Origin: Geopsychrobacteraceae bacterium
GTDB taxonomy: Bacteria > Desulfobacterota > Desulfuromonadia > Desulfuromonadales > Geopsychrobacteraceae
NCBI GenBank assembly: GCA_963676795.2
Contig: CAXXTB010000002.1
Location: forward strand, 64,001 to 128,000
Length of the DNA: 64,000 nt
Direction of reading: 5' to 3'
Below the pieces are notes generated by a model. That model worked only from the letters and a program-made list of their open reading frames with translations, did not search any database and had not been told where the DNA came from. Positions 39,846 through 55,119 of this stretch are shown piece by piece (within the stretch, counting starts at the first letter, position 1; the number at the start of each line of letters is the position of its first letter). Both the position numbers and the translations under genes were made by a program.

Positions 39846-40155
39846 TTGCGGGTGAGGGTGTCTTTTTGCGGCTAAGCTGCCAGAAGTGCGTGCTTTGTTG
39901 TGTTGCTTGCATGTCGGGCTATTTGATGTTGTTCCGCCTGTGTTGTCATGTTGCAACAGTTTGCCCTGGTTGTGTTGTTGATAAAACAACACGCTTTGAT
40001 GCATGGCCTGTGGATTTTGTTCAACAGTGGCTAGGACATCGTTCCTGTTTTTTTGCATTGGGGGGCATGACCGTTTTGTTGACGGTAATATATATTTATG
40101 TTTTCATCTATGTCGGAACATCTCTAAACCTGTCCGCAAAATCAGGGGCCTGCCT

Positions 40156-40440
40156 ATGGACATACAAAATCTTGAAGCGAAAATCCTGCCGATCTTGCTG
40201 AGCCATGGCGCTTCTCGAATCGGTATCTTTGGCTCCTATGCCAGGAATGAAGCAGGCCCTGACAGTGACCTTGATCTTCTGGTCGATTTTTCCGATCGCA
40301 AGAGTCTGCTAACCTTGGTACGCATCAAGAGAGAGCTCTCTGAAGTTCTCGGGATGGAGATCGACCTGTTGACAGAAGCCGCAGTCAGCCCTCATCTAAT
40401 AGATAAAATCAAATCTGAGCTGCGGGTTATCTATCAATGA
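40156..40440 (+). CDS. MNT (minimal nucleotidyltransferase) antitoxin
   Basis: GIFGSYARNE..DSDLDL, IDLLTE; ATGA overlap with the next gene. Confidence 0.88.
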   Translation: MDIQNLEAKILPILLSHGASRIGIFGSYARNEAGPDSDLDLLVDFSDRKSLLTLVRIKRELSEVLGMEIDLLTEAAVSPHLIDKIKSELRVIYQ

Positions 40441-40781
40441 AAAAAGATGATCGTGTTTATCTGTTGCATATTCTGGACGCAATGGATCAAATCGAAAGCT
40501 ACACTCAGGACTGCACTTATCAAGCCTTCATGCTAACCCGTCTGGTTCAGGATGGCGTTATCCGTCAACTGGAAATTATCGGCGAGGCCACCAAAAACTT
40601 GTCAAATGAGACTCGGGCGAATGCTCCTGAGGTCCCATGGCGGGACATGGCTGGGATGAGAGATGTGCTGATTCATCAATATTTTGGTGTCGATATGACC
40701 GCCGTCTGGGATACGGTCAGGCAGGATATCCCCGGATTGAAACAGGAAATATCTAAATTGTTAAGCCCTGACGAACGGTAG
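40437..40781 (+). CDS. HEPN (DUF86/HepT-like) RNase toxin
   Basis: LEIIGEA, VPW, RDVLIHQY (RX4HXY). Confidence 0.9.
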   Translation: MKKDDRVYLLHILDAMDQIESYTQDCTYQAFMLTRLVQDGVIRQLEIIGEATKNLSNETRANAPEVPWRDMAGMRDVLIHQYFGVDMTAVWDTVRQDIPGLKQEISKLLSPDER

Positions 40782-40810
40782 CCTTTGGTTGTTGATTTAG
40801 TAACGATTCT

Positions 40811-40837
40811 CTCGGTGTCCTCTGTGTGCTCGGTGTT
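40811..40837. repeat. Family C repeat (divergent)
   Basis: CTCGGTGTC CTCTGTGTG CTCGGTGTT. Confidence 0.6.
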
Positions 40838-40855
40838 TCATGGGTTGTATTTTGT

Positions 40856-40957
40856 CCTTCTCCCTTGGGGAGAAGGTGCCCCAAGGGGGTGGATGAGCGG
40901 GCTTTGCGGACGAGTTCCCCCCCCCCTCACCCTAACCCTCTCCCTCATGGAGAGGGG
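40856..40957. repeat. Family A REP-like element, copy 2
   Basis: CCTTCTCCCTTGGGGAGAAGG...CCCTCACCCTAACCCTCTCCC..GGAGAGGG. Confidence 0.85.
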
Positions 40958-41004
40958 ACTTTGAACTTTCAGCGCATAGTGTCAGTAAGGTTTCAAAAGG
41001 TTTT

Positions 41005-41033
41005 CTTCGCGTTCTCCGAGGCTTCGCGTGAGA
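41005..41033. repeat. Family C repeat (divergent)
   Basis: CTTCGCGTTCTCCGAGGCTTCGCGTGAGA, same GCGTGAGA end. Confidence 0.55.
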
Positions 41034-41049
41034 CATGGGTTTCAGGTTT

Positions 41050-41454
41050 TTAGTGCTGCGGCTGGCAGATCTCAGTCAATACCCCACCCGATGCTTTGGG
41101 GTGAATGAAGGCGATCGAATTATGGTGCGCCCCTTTGCGTGGTGTCTCATCGATCAGGCGGATATTGTCCGCTTTGAGCTGGGCGATTGCGGCGGTGATG
41201 TTTTCGACCTCGTAGGCCACGTGATGAACCCCTTCACCGTTTTTGGCCAGAAACTTGGCAATCGGTGAGTCTTCGGCGGTTGGTTCGAGCAGCTCGATAC
41301 GGCTTTCGCCAACTTTCAGGAAAGCCACCTTGACTTTTTGCTCCTCGACAACCTCCGTCCCCTCAAAGGCCATGCCCATCTGGTCACGGTAGTAGGGGAT
41401 GGAGTTCTCCAGATTGTGTACGGCAATACCGATATGGTTGATTTTGTTGGTCAT
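41050..41454 (-). CDS. mce: Methylmalonyl-CoA epimerase
   Basis: HIGIAV, IELLEP, GVHHVA, FIHPK...GVLTEIC; operon context. Confidence 0.92.
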   Translation of the reverse strand: MTNKINHIGIAVHNLENSIPYYRDQMGMAFEGTEVVEEQKVKVAFLKVGESRIELLEPTAEDSPIAKFLAKNGEGVHHVAYEVENITAAIAQLKADNIRLIDETPRKGAHHNSIAFIHPKASGGVLTEICQPQH

Positions 41455-41497
41455 GGGCTTTCTCCCTGTCGTAAGTATTCAATTGTTGGAGATACCA

Positions 41498-42478
41498 TCA
41501 GTGGTAACGTTTAAAGTTCTCAATGAGCCTGCGTGCCGCGGCGCCTGGTGTGGTCGTGCCATTGGCGATTCCGGCCTGGACCTGGTCGAGGGTGGTGGCC
41601 ACCTTCGGATCCTGGAGAAACAGATCCTTGAGGCTGTCCATGACCATCGACCACATCCAGTCATTTGTCTGCAGACGGCGTTTGCTGCTGAATTCATCAT
41701 GTTCTTTCATGGTCTCGACAAAGTTCATGATCATGGTCCAGACTTCGTCGATCCCTTCACCGGTCAGCGCACTGCAGAGCATGGTCGGAACCTGCCAACG
41801 GCTGTTCTTCGGTTTCATGAGGTGAAGCGCGCTTTTGTACTGGCTGCGTGCCAGTTCTGCTGCCGGCCGGTTTTTCCCTTCCGCTTTGTTGATGACGATC
41901 GCATCGGCGATCTCCATGACCCCTTTCTTGATTCCCTGAAGTTCGTCACCCGCGTTTGCCAGTTGCAGCAGGAGGAAGAAGTCGACCATTGATGCGACTG
42001 TCACTTCAGATTGCCCGACACCGACGGTTTCGACAACAATGACATCATAGCCGGCGGCTTCACAGAGGAGCATGGTTTCTCTTGTCTTGCGTGCCACCCC
42101 GCCGAGCGTGTCTCCCGATGGCGAGGGGCGGATAAAGGCGTTTGTTTCTCTGGCCAGCATTTCCATGCGGGTTTTGTCGCCAAGGATTGAGCCGCCGGAA
42201 AGTTGAGATGTCGGGTCGACCGCCAGAACTGCCAGCCGATGTCCCCGCTTTAAAAGTTGCAGCCCCAGCGCTTCGATGAAAGTGCTTTTGCCGACCCCCG
42301 GCACTCCGGAAATGCCGATTCGGATCGCCTTGCCGGAATCGGGCAGCAGCATGTTGAGCAGGGTTTCGGCATCCTGGGCATGATCGGGGTTACGGCTTTC
42401 GATCAGGGTGATCGCTTTTGCCAGTGATCGTATGTTGCCGGTGCGGACCCCTTCTGCCATTTTCTCTATCGGAAGCAC
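41498..42478 (-). CDS. meaB: Methylmalonyl-CoA mutase GTPase chaperone MeaB
   Basis: GVPGVGKST, GGSILGDKTRM, ETVGVGQSE, GDELQGIKKG. Confidence 0.93.
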   Translation of the reverse strand: MLPIEKMAEGVRTGNIRSLAKAITLIESRNPDHAQDAETLLNMLLPDSGKAIRIGISGVPGVGKSTFIEALGLQLLKRGHRLAVLAVDPTSQLSGGSILGDKTRMEMLARETNAFIRPSPSGDTLGGVARKTRETMLLCEAAGYDVIVVETVGVGQSEVTVASMVDFFLLLQLANAGDELQGIKKGVMEIADAIVINKAEGKNRPAAELARSQYKSALHLMKPKNSRWQVPTMLCSALTGEGIDEVWTMIMNFVETMKEHDEFSSKRRLQTNDWMWSMVMDSLKDLFLQDPKVATTLDQVQAGIANGTTTPGAAARRLIENFKRYH

Positions 42479-42519
42479 TTATCCTTGTCTCCTGCCTATC
42501 TACTAATAAGTCTTAATAG

Positions 42520-42643
42520 CCCCTTCTCCATGGGTACCCAAAGGGCATAAGGGAGAAGGGGCCCGAAGGGCGGATGAGGGGAAGCTGTGCGCGTAAATCC
42601 CCTCACCCGACGCTTTGCGCCACCCTCTCCCGGAGGGAGAGGG
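42520..42643. repeat. Family A REP-like element, copy 3, with a short insertion in the first loop
   Basis: CCTTCTCC-ATGGGTACCCAAAGGGCATAAG-GGAGAAGG...CCCTCACCC...CCCTCTCCC GGA GGGAGAGGG. Confidence 0.85.
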
Positions 42644-42673
42644 ATTGCATGGTTTTATGGTCTGTTCCGAAAA

Positions 42674-44815
<2,142 letters not shown>

Positions 44816-45017
44816 GTTGTTACATCCTTTAGTTCTGATCGCAATTGGGTTCTAGGTGGTAAGTGTCTGGTACGAAAGGGATTTTATCTCAATTGTGAAG
44901 GCTGATAAATGCGTGTCAGCGTGAGAATCCTGCCGCTTGGTCAGTGTTTTTGGCCTGTTCTTTTCTGGTGTGGATTTTTTCTGTCACGGAACCTTTGTCC
45001 AGTGTTGCCGATATAGT

Positions 45018-45125
45018 CCTTCTCCTTGGGGAGAAGGTGCCCCTTTGGGGCGGATGAGGGGGAGCTTTTGTGGCGGAATGCCCCTCACCCGGCGCATCGC
45101 GCCACCCACTCCCTGAGGGCGAGGG
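45018..45125. repeat. Family A REP-like element, copy 4
   Basis: CCTTCTCCTTGGGGAGAAGG...GGATGAGGG...CCCCTCACCC...CCCTGAGGGCGAGGG. Confidence 0.85.
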
Positions 45126-45162
45126 AATGCTTTTCTCTTTTGAAAAGTTGGGCAAAAAGCTC

Positions 45163-45190
45163 TTGACAATCGGGCCATCAAAAATATTAT
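45163..45190 (+). promoter_or_regulatory. sigma-70 promoter of groESL
   Basis: TTGACA (45163) and TATTAT (45185) directly upstream of CIRCE. Confidence 0.7.
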
Positions 45191-45199
45191 TACCAACTG

Positions 45200-45226
45200 T
45201 TAGCACTCGGTTGCATTGAGTGCTAA
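45200..45226. promoter_or_regulatory. CIRCE element (HrcA operator)
   Basis: Exact TTAGCACTC-N9-GAGTGCTAA upstream of groES. Confidence 0.97.
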
Positions 45227-45343
45227 CAGTTGGTATACTCCGAATCGTTTTGGTGAAGACGACAGCCGCTTGCGGCTTTCTATCAAACAAGGACTCTATG
45301 GCCTTAAGTGCCGAATTCAACGTGAATCTGAAAGGAGAACGTC

Positions 45344-45634
45344 ATGAACATCAGACCATTGCAAGATCGTATCATCGTCGAGCGCATCGAAGAGGAAACC
45401 AAGACCGCTGGTGGAATCATCATTCCTGATACTGTTTCCAAGGAGAAACCTCAGGAAGGCAAGGTCATTGCTGCTGGTAAGGGCAAGGTCACTCCAGAAG
45501 GCAAGGTTCTGCCCCTCGACATCAAGGAAGGCGACCGTGTTCTGTTCGGCAAGTATGCCGGTAGCGAGATCAAGGTTGACGGCAAAGAGTATCTCATTAT
45601 GCGCGAAGACGACATCCTCGGCGTTATTGAGTAG
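45344..45634 (+). CDS. groES: Co-chaperonin GroES
   Basis: [21 protein letters not shown]. Confidence 0.98.
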   Translation: MNIRPLQDRIIVERIEEETKTAGGIIIPDTVSKEKPQEGKVIAAGKGKVTPEGKVLPLDIKEGDRVLFGKYAGSEIKVDGKEYLIMREDDILGVIE

Positions 45635-45745
45635 GCAGATTCCGCTTTTACGCTCCAGCTGTGCTGCTTAAATGCTCACGTAGCTTTCGCTACGCTGCGC
45701 TTTTGCGCTGCTCGCGCCTTGCTGGAACCTAAAATCGAAACTGCC
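45634..45745. repeat. Long imperfect palindrome (family E) between groES and groEL
   Basis: GGCAG..TTTTA..TCCAGC pairs with GCTGGA..TAAAA..CTGCC; core CGTAGC-TTTC-GCTACG. Confidence 0.7.
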
Positions 45746-45792
45746 GGGAAAGTATCTACTTTCAACTGAATATCAAAAATAATAAGAACTAA

Positions 45793-47450
<1,658 letters not shown>

Positions 47451-47451
<1 letters not shown>

Positions 47452-47593
47452 GTTTCTGTCCGGGAGCCGTCCTTTTCCGCAATCTCGGCGTCAGCCAGCG
47501 GATTCGCTTGTGCGGCGTAAAGTACTACGCCTCCGCGCGACTCCTTGGCTTCCTTGACCTTGCGAAAAAAAACTGGCTCCCGAATCAGAAACT
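47451..47593. repeat. Long imperfect palindrome (family E-like) after groEL
   Basis: AGTTTCTG..CGGGAGCC..CGCAA pairs with TTGCG..GGCTCCCG..CAGAAACT; core GGCGTA..TACGCC. Confidence 0.7.
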
Positions 47594-47610
47594 GGTTTGC
47601 TGTCCTTTAG

Positions 47611-47656
47611 TTACACAAAAAGCCCCGCCGGTTTCCCGGCGGGGCTTTTTGTGTAA
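47611..47656. terminator. Bidirectional intrinsic terminator
   Basis: TTACACAAAAAGCCCCGCCGG-TTTC-CCGGCGGGGCTTTTTGTGTAA. Confidence 0.9.
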
Positions 47657-47701
47657 TTTCAAATTTGAAATTTCAGAGCGCACCAGCGTAACGCTGGCGC
47701 G

Positions 47702-48679
47702 CTAACTGATGATCATCTGTGCCGATTTATCCCTTGGCAGCGGTGCGACACGACATAGCGTTTCCTCTGACGGGGTGATGCATAGGACGTCAACCTCTGC
47801 TTCGTCCTTGCCTTTGCCGTATGAAGCGACAATCGCTGCGGCCAGCTCCCGTGCTTCCTGTGTCGCTTCACCGATCAGCAGGGCCAGGGGACCACTGAAA
47901 TTCTGGCAGCGCATCATGATGTGCTGCGGTTTGGCCAGGGTTTTGATCTGTTCGTTATCGGCCTGATTGCGTCCGACAACCAGTTTGCTCTTCTGGGTCA
48001 GGCGGAACTGGCGGCCTGCCTTGAGCAGTTCGACATCGGCGGGGTCGGCGAGCGGGTCGTAGGTCAGCAGGTCGCGCAGCTGGTTGGAGAACCCTTCTTC
48101 GGTCAACAGGCAGCCGCCGCCGGAGGGGGGATATTCAGTCAGCCCCCATTCCTTGGCCAGGGCCTGCTGAGGTTTCCTCGAGCGTCCCTGGATGTCGAGC
48201 AGCTGCTCACGGTCGACCAGGCCGCTTTCCTCCATGGAGGTGATCGGCAGCAGTTTGGCGCTCAACGGGCGCAGGATCTTGTCGCCGATGCCGCAGAGTT
48301 TGGCGACCGAGCGCAGGGCATTGCGGTTCTGGCTCATCGGGCGCTGGCCGAGCACTTCGCCGGAAAAGAGGAAGTCGAAGCCGTCTTCCGCCATGCGTTT
48401 GCCCGCCAGTTCAAACATCATGGCGTGGCAATCGATACAGGGGTTCATGTTGCGGCCGTGGCCGTAGGTCGGGTTCTTGACCATTTCCAGGTGAACGCTG
48501 CTGATATCTTCTACGATCAGGGGAAAGCCGATCAGTTCGGCCGATTTGATCGCTTTTTCTGCACCGAAGAATGGGGTGACAAAGGCGATTCCGGTGACAT
48601 CGATCCCCTGGCGTTTCAGGGTCATAAGGGCGAGGCTGCTGTCAAGGCCGCCTGAAATAAGCCCCAGTGCTTTACTCAT
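47702..48679 (-). CDS. PP-loop ATPase, ThiI/MnmA-like putative tRNA thiolation enzyme
   Basis: SGGLDS, NPCIDCH, GEVLGQRPMSQ, RPLSAKLL, GGCLLT. Confidence 0.75.
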   Translation of the reverse strand: MSKALGLISGGLDSSLALMTLKRQGIDVTGIAFVTPFFGAEKAIKSAELIGFPLIVEDISSVHLEMVKNPTYGHGRNMNPCIDCHAMMFELAGKRMAEDGFDFLFSGEVLGQRPMSQNRNALRSVAKLCGIGDKILRPLSAKLLPITSMEESGLVDREQLLDIQGRSRKPQQALAKEWGLTEYPPSGGGCLLTEEGFSNQLRDLLTYDPLADPADVELLKAGRQFRLTQKSKLVVGRNQADNEQIKTLAKPQHIMMRCQNFSGPLALLIGEATQEARELAAAIVASYGKGKDEAEVDVLCITPSEETLCRVAPLPRDKSAQMIIS

Positions 48680-48875
48680 CAATTGCTCCAATGGTTACTG
48701 TTTGTTCTTTTGCCGGGAGTGAGACATTAGCATGGCTGGCCCTGTATAAGCAACCGTGGTCCAAGTGGTCCAAAGTACCTGCCGGGGGATAAACGCTGGG
48801 AAATGCTGATAGTGAAGGTTCGGCCCGAAACAGGGCTCTGCTTGCAGAGCCGCTGTCCCGGGATTATGGAAGTAC

Positions 48876-49076
48876 TTACTGATCCTTGTTCTTTTTGTCC
48901 GCGATGTCTTCGATCTCGCCTTCTTCAATTTCATCCTGGGCTTCGTTAATCCCTTTTTTGAAATTACGCAACCCCTTGCCAAGAGCACCACCGACCTGTG
49001 GCAGTTTTCCGGCTCCGAAGACGACCATAATAATAACCAGAATGATCAGAAGTTCCGTGGTACCTAATCCAAACAT
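48876..49076 (-). CDS. tatA: Twin-arginine translocase TatA/E
   Basis: ELLIIL..FGAGKLPQVG..LGKGLRNFK; GGAGG RBS. Confidence 0.93.
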   Translation of the reverse strand: MFGLGTTELLIILVIIMVVFGAGKLPQVGGALGKGLRNFKKGINEAQDEIEEGEIEDIADKKNKDQ

Positions 49077-49314
49077 GATTGTCTTGCCTCCCTGTGTCAT
49101 GCTGATAGAAGATTCTAAAGGTCTACAAACATACATCGGTTAAATGGAAAAAACAATCAGTGTTAGTTATTTGCCTGAAAGTTCAGAGTATTTGCCGGCG
49201 TGGCGAAGTGTTTCTGTTCTGTGGGTGATGGCTGCAAGAAAAAAACTGGGCGGAATGTCAGGCTATCGGCTAGAATGTGATTCTAATGAGATTGTCGGAC
49301 GCGAAGGAGGACAA

Positions 49315-49536
49315 ATGGAACCCCTGATAGACGTCATTTATCCGGATGGATCATTCTCGATGGTCAGTAACGTACTGCTCGATGCCCTGATTGCGACACA
49401 CAAGATCAGTGCTTTTCATCGTTCTGATGGATGGGTATATCTCTGTGCGGAGGACATCCGCTTAAGAGACTACCGGCATGGCCAGGATTATCCGGGGCCG
49501 GAGCGGCGTTCTTCGTGGCGGACCGCAGAGGGCTGA
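49315..49536 (+). CDS. Small conserved hypothetical protein (GSU3473-like)
   Basis: AAGGAGG RBS; IDVIYPDG, LLDALI, FHRSDGWV, YPGPERR. Confidence 0.65.
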   Translation: MEPLIDVIYPDGSFSMVSNVLLDALIATHKISAFHRSDGWVYLCAEDIRLRDYRHGQDYPGPERRSSWRTAEG

Positions 49537-49585
49537 GCAAGAAGAGCGACTCTTCTCACTCAGCCTGTGTCGTAAGTTTTGGCAC

Positions 49586-49942
49586 TCAGCCGATTTTTTC
49601 CTGGCGTTCCTGTTCGGTTTTGCAGTCAATGCACAGCGTGGTGACCGGGCGAACCTTGAGACGCTCAACGCCGATTTCTTCCTCGCAGCTTTCGCAGAGA
49701 CCGAAAGTTCCCTCTTCAATCCGTTCCAGGGCCTGCTTGATCTTGTTGATCAGTTTGCGTTCGCGATCACGGATGCGCAGTTCGAAGTTCCGGTCCGACT
49801 CAAGCGAGGCCCGATCTGTCGGGTCGGGAAAGTTTTCCACTTCTTCGGTCATCTCGTTCACCGTTTTGTCCGCATCTGAGAGCAGTTCTTTAAGCTGCTG
49901 ATTCAGGATCTCTCTGAATTCTTGCAGGGTTGCTTTGTCCAT
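49586..49942 (-). CDS. dksA: RNA polymerase-binding protein DksA
   Basis: DPTDRA, RIRDRERKLI, C4 zinc finger. Confidence 0.95.
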   Translation of the reverse strand: MDKATLQEFREILNQQLKELLSDADKTVNEMTEEVENFPDPTDRASLESDRNFELRIRDRERKLINKIKQALERIEEGTFGLCESCEEEIGVERLKVRPVTTLCIDCKTEQERQEKIG

Positions 49943-49986
49943 GGGCACCATCCTTTCTGGCGAATCAGTCCGGTTGCAACGGGGAA

Positions 49987-50514
49987 CTACATGGCCCCTC
50001 TGAACTGGACGACAATAATCAGGAGCAGTACTGCAGCCGCCAGCCAGGCCGAAAAGACATCTCCGCTTTTACGTGGCGGTGCTTTGGCCATCTGGCGTGT
50101 GTCATCACCGTAAACTGTTGCCGGGCAGCGTTCGAGGATTTGGTTGATCAGGCTGCCGAAATCATCGTAGCTGTTTGAAATAATGGCGAAATCTGTCTCG
50201 CTGCTGAGGCTGATGAAGACCCTTTTACGGACCCTGATGGTATCGACTGCGGTCAGGTCGGCAAAGTTGAGAGCCTTGGTTCGCAGCAGTTTATGGATCG
50301 TGATCGTCGTTTCTGTCAGGCTGATCGTTCTGGTCAGGCTCTCAATAAACAGGGCGACTGTCGGGATCAGCAGAATAACCAGGATAATGACCTTGCCGGT
50401 CGGCAGCTCGAGGAAGACGGTGCTGGCGAGCAGGATAACGGCGAGCAGGACAACCAGTCCCATCGGCAGAAGAAATGATTTGCGAATCCTGAATGTGCTC
50501 TCTGAATCTGTCAT
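49987..50514 (-). CDS. Membrane protein, possibly with a bacterial PH domain
   Basis: Two N-terminal TM helices, soluble beta-rich middle, C-terminal TM. Confidence 0.6.
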   Translation of the reverse strand: MTDSESTFRIRKSFLLPMGLVVLLAVILLASTVFLELPTGKVIILVILLIPTVALFIESLTRTISLTETTITIHKLLRTKALNFADLTAVDTIRVRKRVFISLSSETDFAIISNSYDDFGSLINQILERCPATVYGDDTRQMAKAPPRKSGDVFSAWLAAAVLLLIIVVQFRGAM

Positions 50515-50692
50515 GTCTGTCCCGCTGAAAAACCGCACAAAAATTATTATGATTTTTTTATGATAGGCGAGATTAGCATCTTTATCTGTATTTTCCAATC
50601 GAGAAAAGAACAACGTTATTTTCTCCTGAATCAAAGTGTCGATCTGCGGATATCTGTACGTTTTGTCCGCCTGCTCCCCACGGATTCAGGTG

Positions 50693-52048
50693 TCAGTCGA
50701 ACATGTGCTCCAGCGCTTCGGCCGCGTGTCTGATGCCGATCAGCTGAATGCTGTCCGGAACCTCGAGGTTTTTAAGGTTGCCGTGGGGCAGAATGCAGCG
50801 GGTGAAGCCGAGCCGGGCCGCTTCCTTGACGCGCAGCTCCGGTTGGGAGACGGCCCGCACTTCACCGGTCAGGCCGACCTCGCCGAAGATGACCGTCTGC
50901 GCATCGATGACCCGGTTCAGGTGGCTTGAGGCCAGCGCGGCGATGGCAGCCAGGTCGACAGCCGGTTCGTCGAGGCGAACGCCGCCGGCGACGTTGAGAA
51001 AGATATCCTGCCCGGCCAGGGAGAGTTCGACCTTTTTTTCGAGAATGGCCACCAGCAGGGCGACCCGTTTGTGGTCGTAACCTATCGCTGTGCGTTGAGG
51101 GGTGCCGAAGGAGCTGCTCGAAACCAGCGACTGGACTTCGACCAGGATCGGCCGGCTTCCCTCAAGGGAGGCGACGACGGCACTGCCGGCACTCTGCTCC
51201 GGACGTTCGGCGAGGAACAGCTCCGAGGGGTTGAGCACTTCGCGCAGCCCCTGCTCGCGCATCTCAAAGACGCCGATCTCGTTGGTCGAGCCGAAGCGGT
51301 TCTTGACCGCGCGCAGAATCCGGTAGGGGTGACCCGGATCCCCCTCAAAGTAGAGAACCGTGTCGACCATATGTTCGAGCACGCGCGGCCCGGCGATAGC
51401 GCCGTCCTTGGTGACATGGCCGACGAGAAAGGTCGGCAGGCCGTCGGCCTTGGCCTGGAGCATCAGCTGGCCGGTACATTCGCGGACCTGGCTGACGCTC
51501 CCTGGCGCCGAGTCGAGGCTGCCGGTGAAGATCGTCTGGATCGAGTCGATGACCAGGAAGTCGGGCTTCAGTTCCTTGATCCGCTGCTTGATCTGCTCGA
51601 GCGAGGTTTCCGCCAGGAGAAACAGGTTGTCGCCGGAGATGTCGAGGCGGTCGGCTCTCAGTTTGACCTGGCGGGCCGATTCTTCGGCGGTGACGTAGAG
51701 GGCCGTGCCATGGGCCGCCAGGTTGGCAAAGGCCTGGAGCAGCAGGGTCGATTTGCCGATGCCGGGGTCACCGCCGACCAGGATCAGCGAGCCGGGGACC
51801 AGGCCGCCGCCCAGTGTCCGGTTGAGCTCCGAGAGGCCGCAGCTCAGGCGGTCCTCTTCGCGGATGGCCACCTCGCTCAGCTTTAGGGCCTTGCCCGGTT
51901 CGGCCAGGGCCCGGCTGTGCCCGGACTGGGCGACCGGTTGCTCTTCGACCAGGCTGTTCCACTGGCGGCAGTCCGGGCAGCGCCCCAGCCATTTCGGGCT
52001 TTGAAAGCCGCATTGCTGGCAGGTGAAGATCGTTTTCTGACGGGCCAT
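50693..52048 (-). CDS. radA: DNA repair protein RadA/Sms
   Basis: C4 zinc finger, GDPGIGKST, KNRFG. Confidence 0.97.
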   Translation of the reverse strand: MARQKTIFTCQQCGFQSPKWLGRCPDCRQWNSLVEEQPVAQSGHSRALAEPGKALKLSEVAIREEDRLSCGLSELNRTLGGGLVPGSLILVGGDPGIGKSTLLLQAFANLAAHGTALYVTAEESARQVKLRADRLDISGDNLFLLAETSLEQIKQRIKELKPDFLVIDSIQTIFTGSLDSAPGSVSQVRECTGQLMLQAKADGLPTFLVGHVTKDGAIAGPRVLEHMVDTVLYFEGDPGHPYRILRAVKNRFGSTNEIGVFEMREQGLREVLNPSELFLAERPEQSAGSAVVASLEGSRPILVEVQSLVSSSSFGTPQRTAIGYDHKRVALLVAILEKKVELSLAGQDIFLNVAGGVRLDEPAVDLAAIAALASSHLNRVIDAQTVIFGEVGLTGEVRAVSQPELRVKEAARLGFTRCILPHGNLKNLEVPDSIQLIGIRHAAEALEHMFD

Positions 52049-52197
52049 TGCTATCCTCCTCGGCAAGAATCTGCATCCTATTCTGAAGGGAGAAAGACTG
52101 TCAATTGCTTCAGTCTTTTGCGGTTGCTCCCTTGGTTGTTCGCTACGCTTTGGAGTATAGTCATAGAGTGTGTCAAATAATGTCTTAAGGGAGAGTC

Positions 52198-52485
52198 ATG
52201 ACTTTCGAAGAGCTGCAGAACGTACTTGTCCTGTTTGGCCTTGCTCAACATGCCACGCAGCGGCAGATCCGCAAGCGTTACCATCAGCTGGTCAAAGAAT
52301 GTCACCCTGACCGCAGCGAAGATAATGAACGGATTCGTGAGCTGAACGCCGCGTATGAACTTATCGGTGAATATCTTGAAAACTATCAGTACGACTTCGG
52401 TCTTGAAGCCTATCTGCAGCAGTACCCGGAAGAGCGGGTGCGTCGCCAGTTTTATGATCAGGAACTGTGGACCCGGAAAGACTGA
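52198..52485 (+). CDS. Small J-domain protein
   Basis: IRKRYHQLVKECHPD, ELNAAY. Confidence 0.85.
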   Translation: MTFEELQNVLVLFGLAQHATQRQIRKRYHQLVKECHPDRSEDNERIRELNAAYELIGEYLENYQYDFGLEAYLQQYPEERVRRQFYDQELWTRKD

Positions 52486-52569
52486 GTTCGAAAAGGGAAG
52501 AATACTTTTTCCTGTGGCGGCTTTGTGATACATTACCCCCCTTTTGCTAAGTGAAGGGTAGATAAAGCC

Positions 52570-55080
<2,511 letters not shown>

Positions 55081-55119
55081 GCTTTCGAATTTATATATAA
55101 AACAGTGTAGGAGTTGAAC

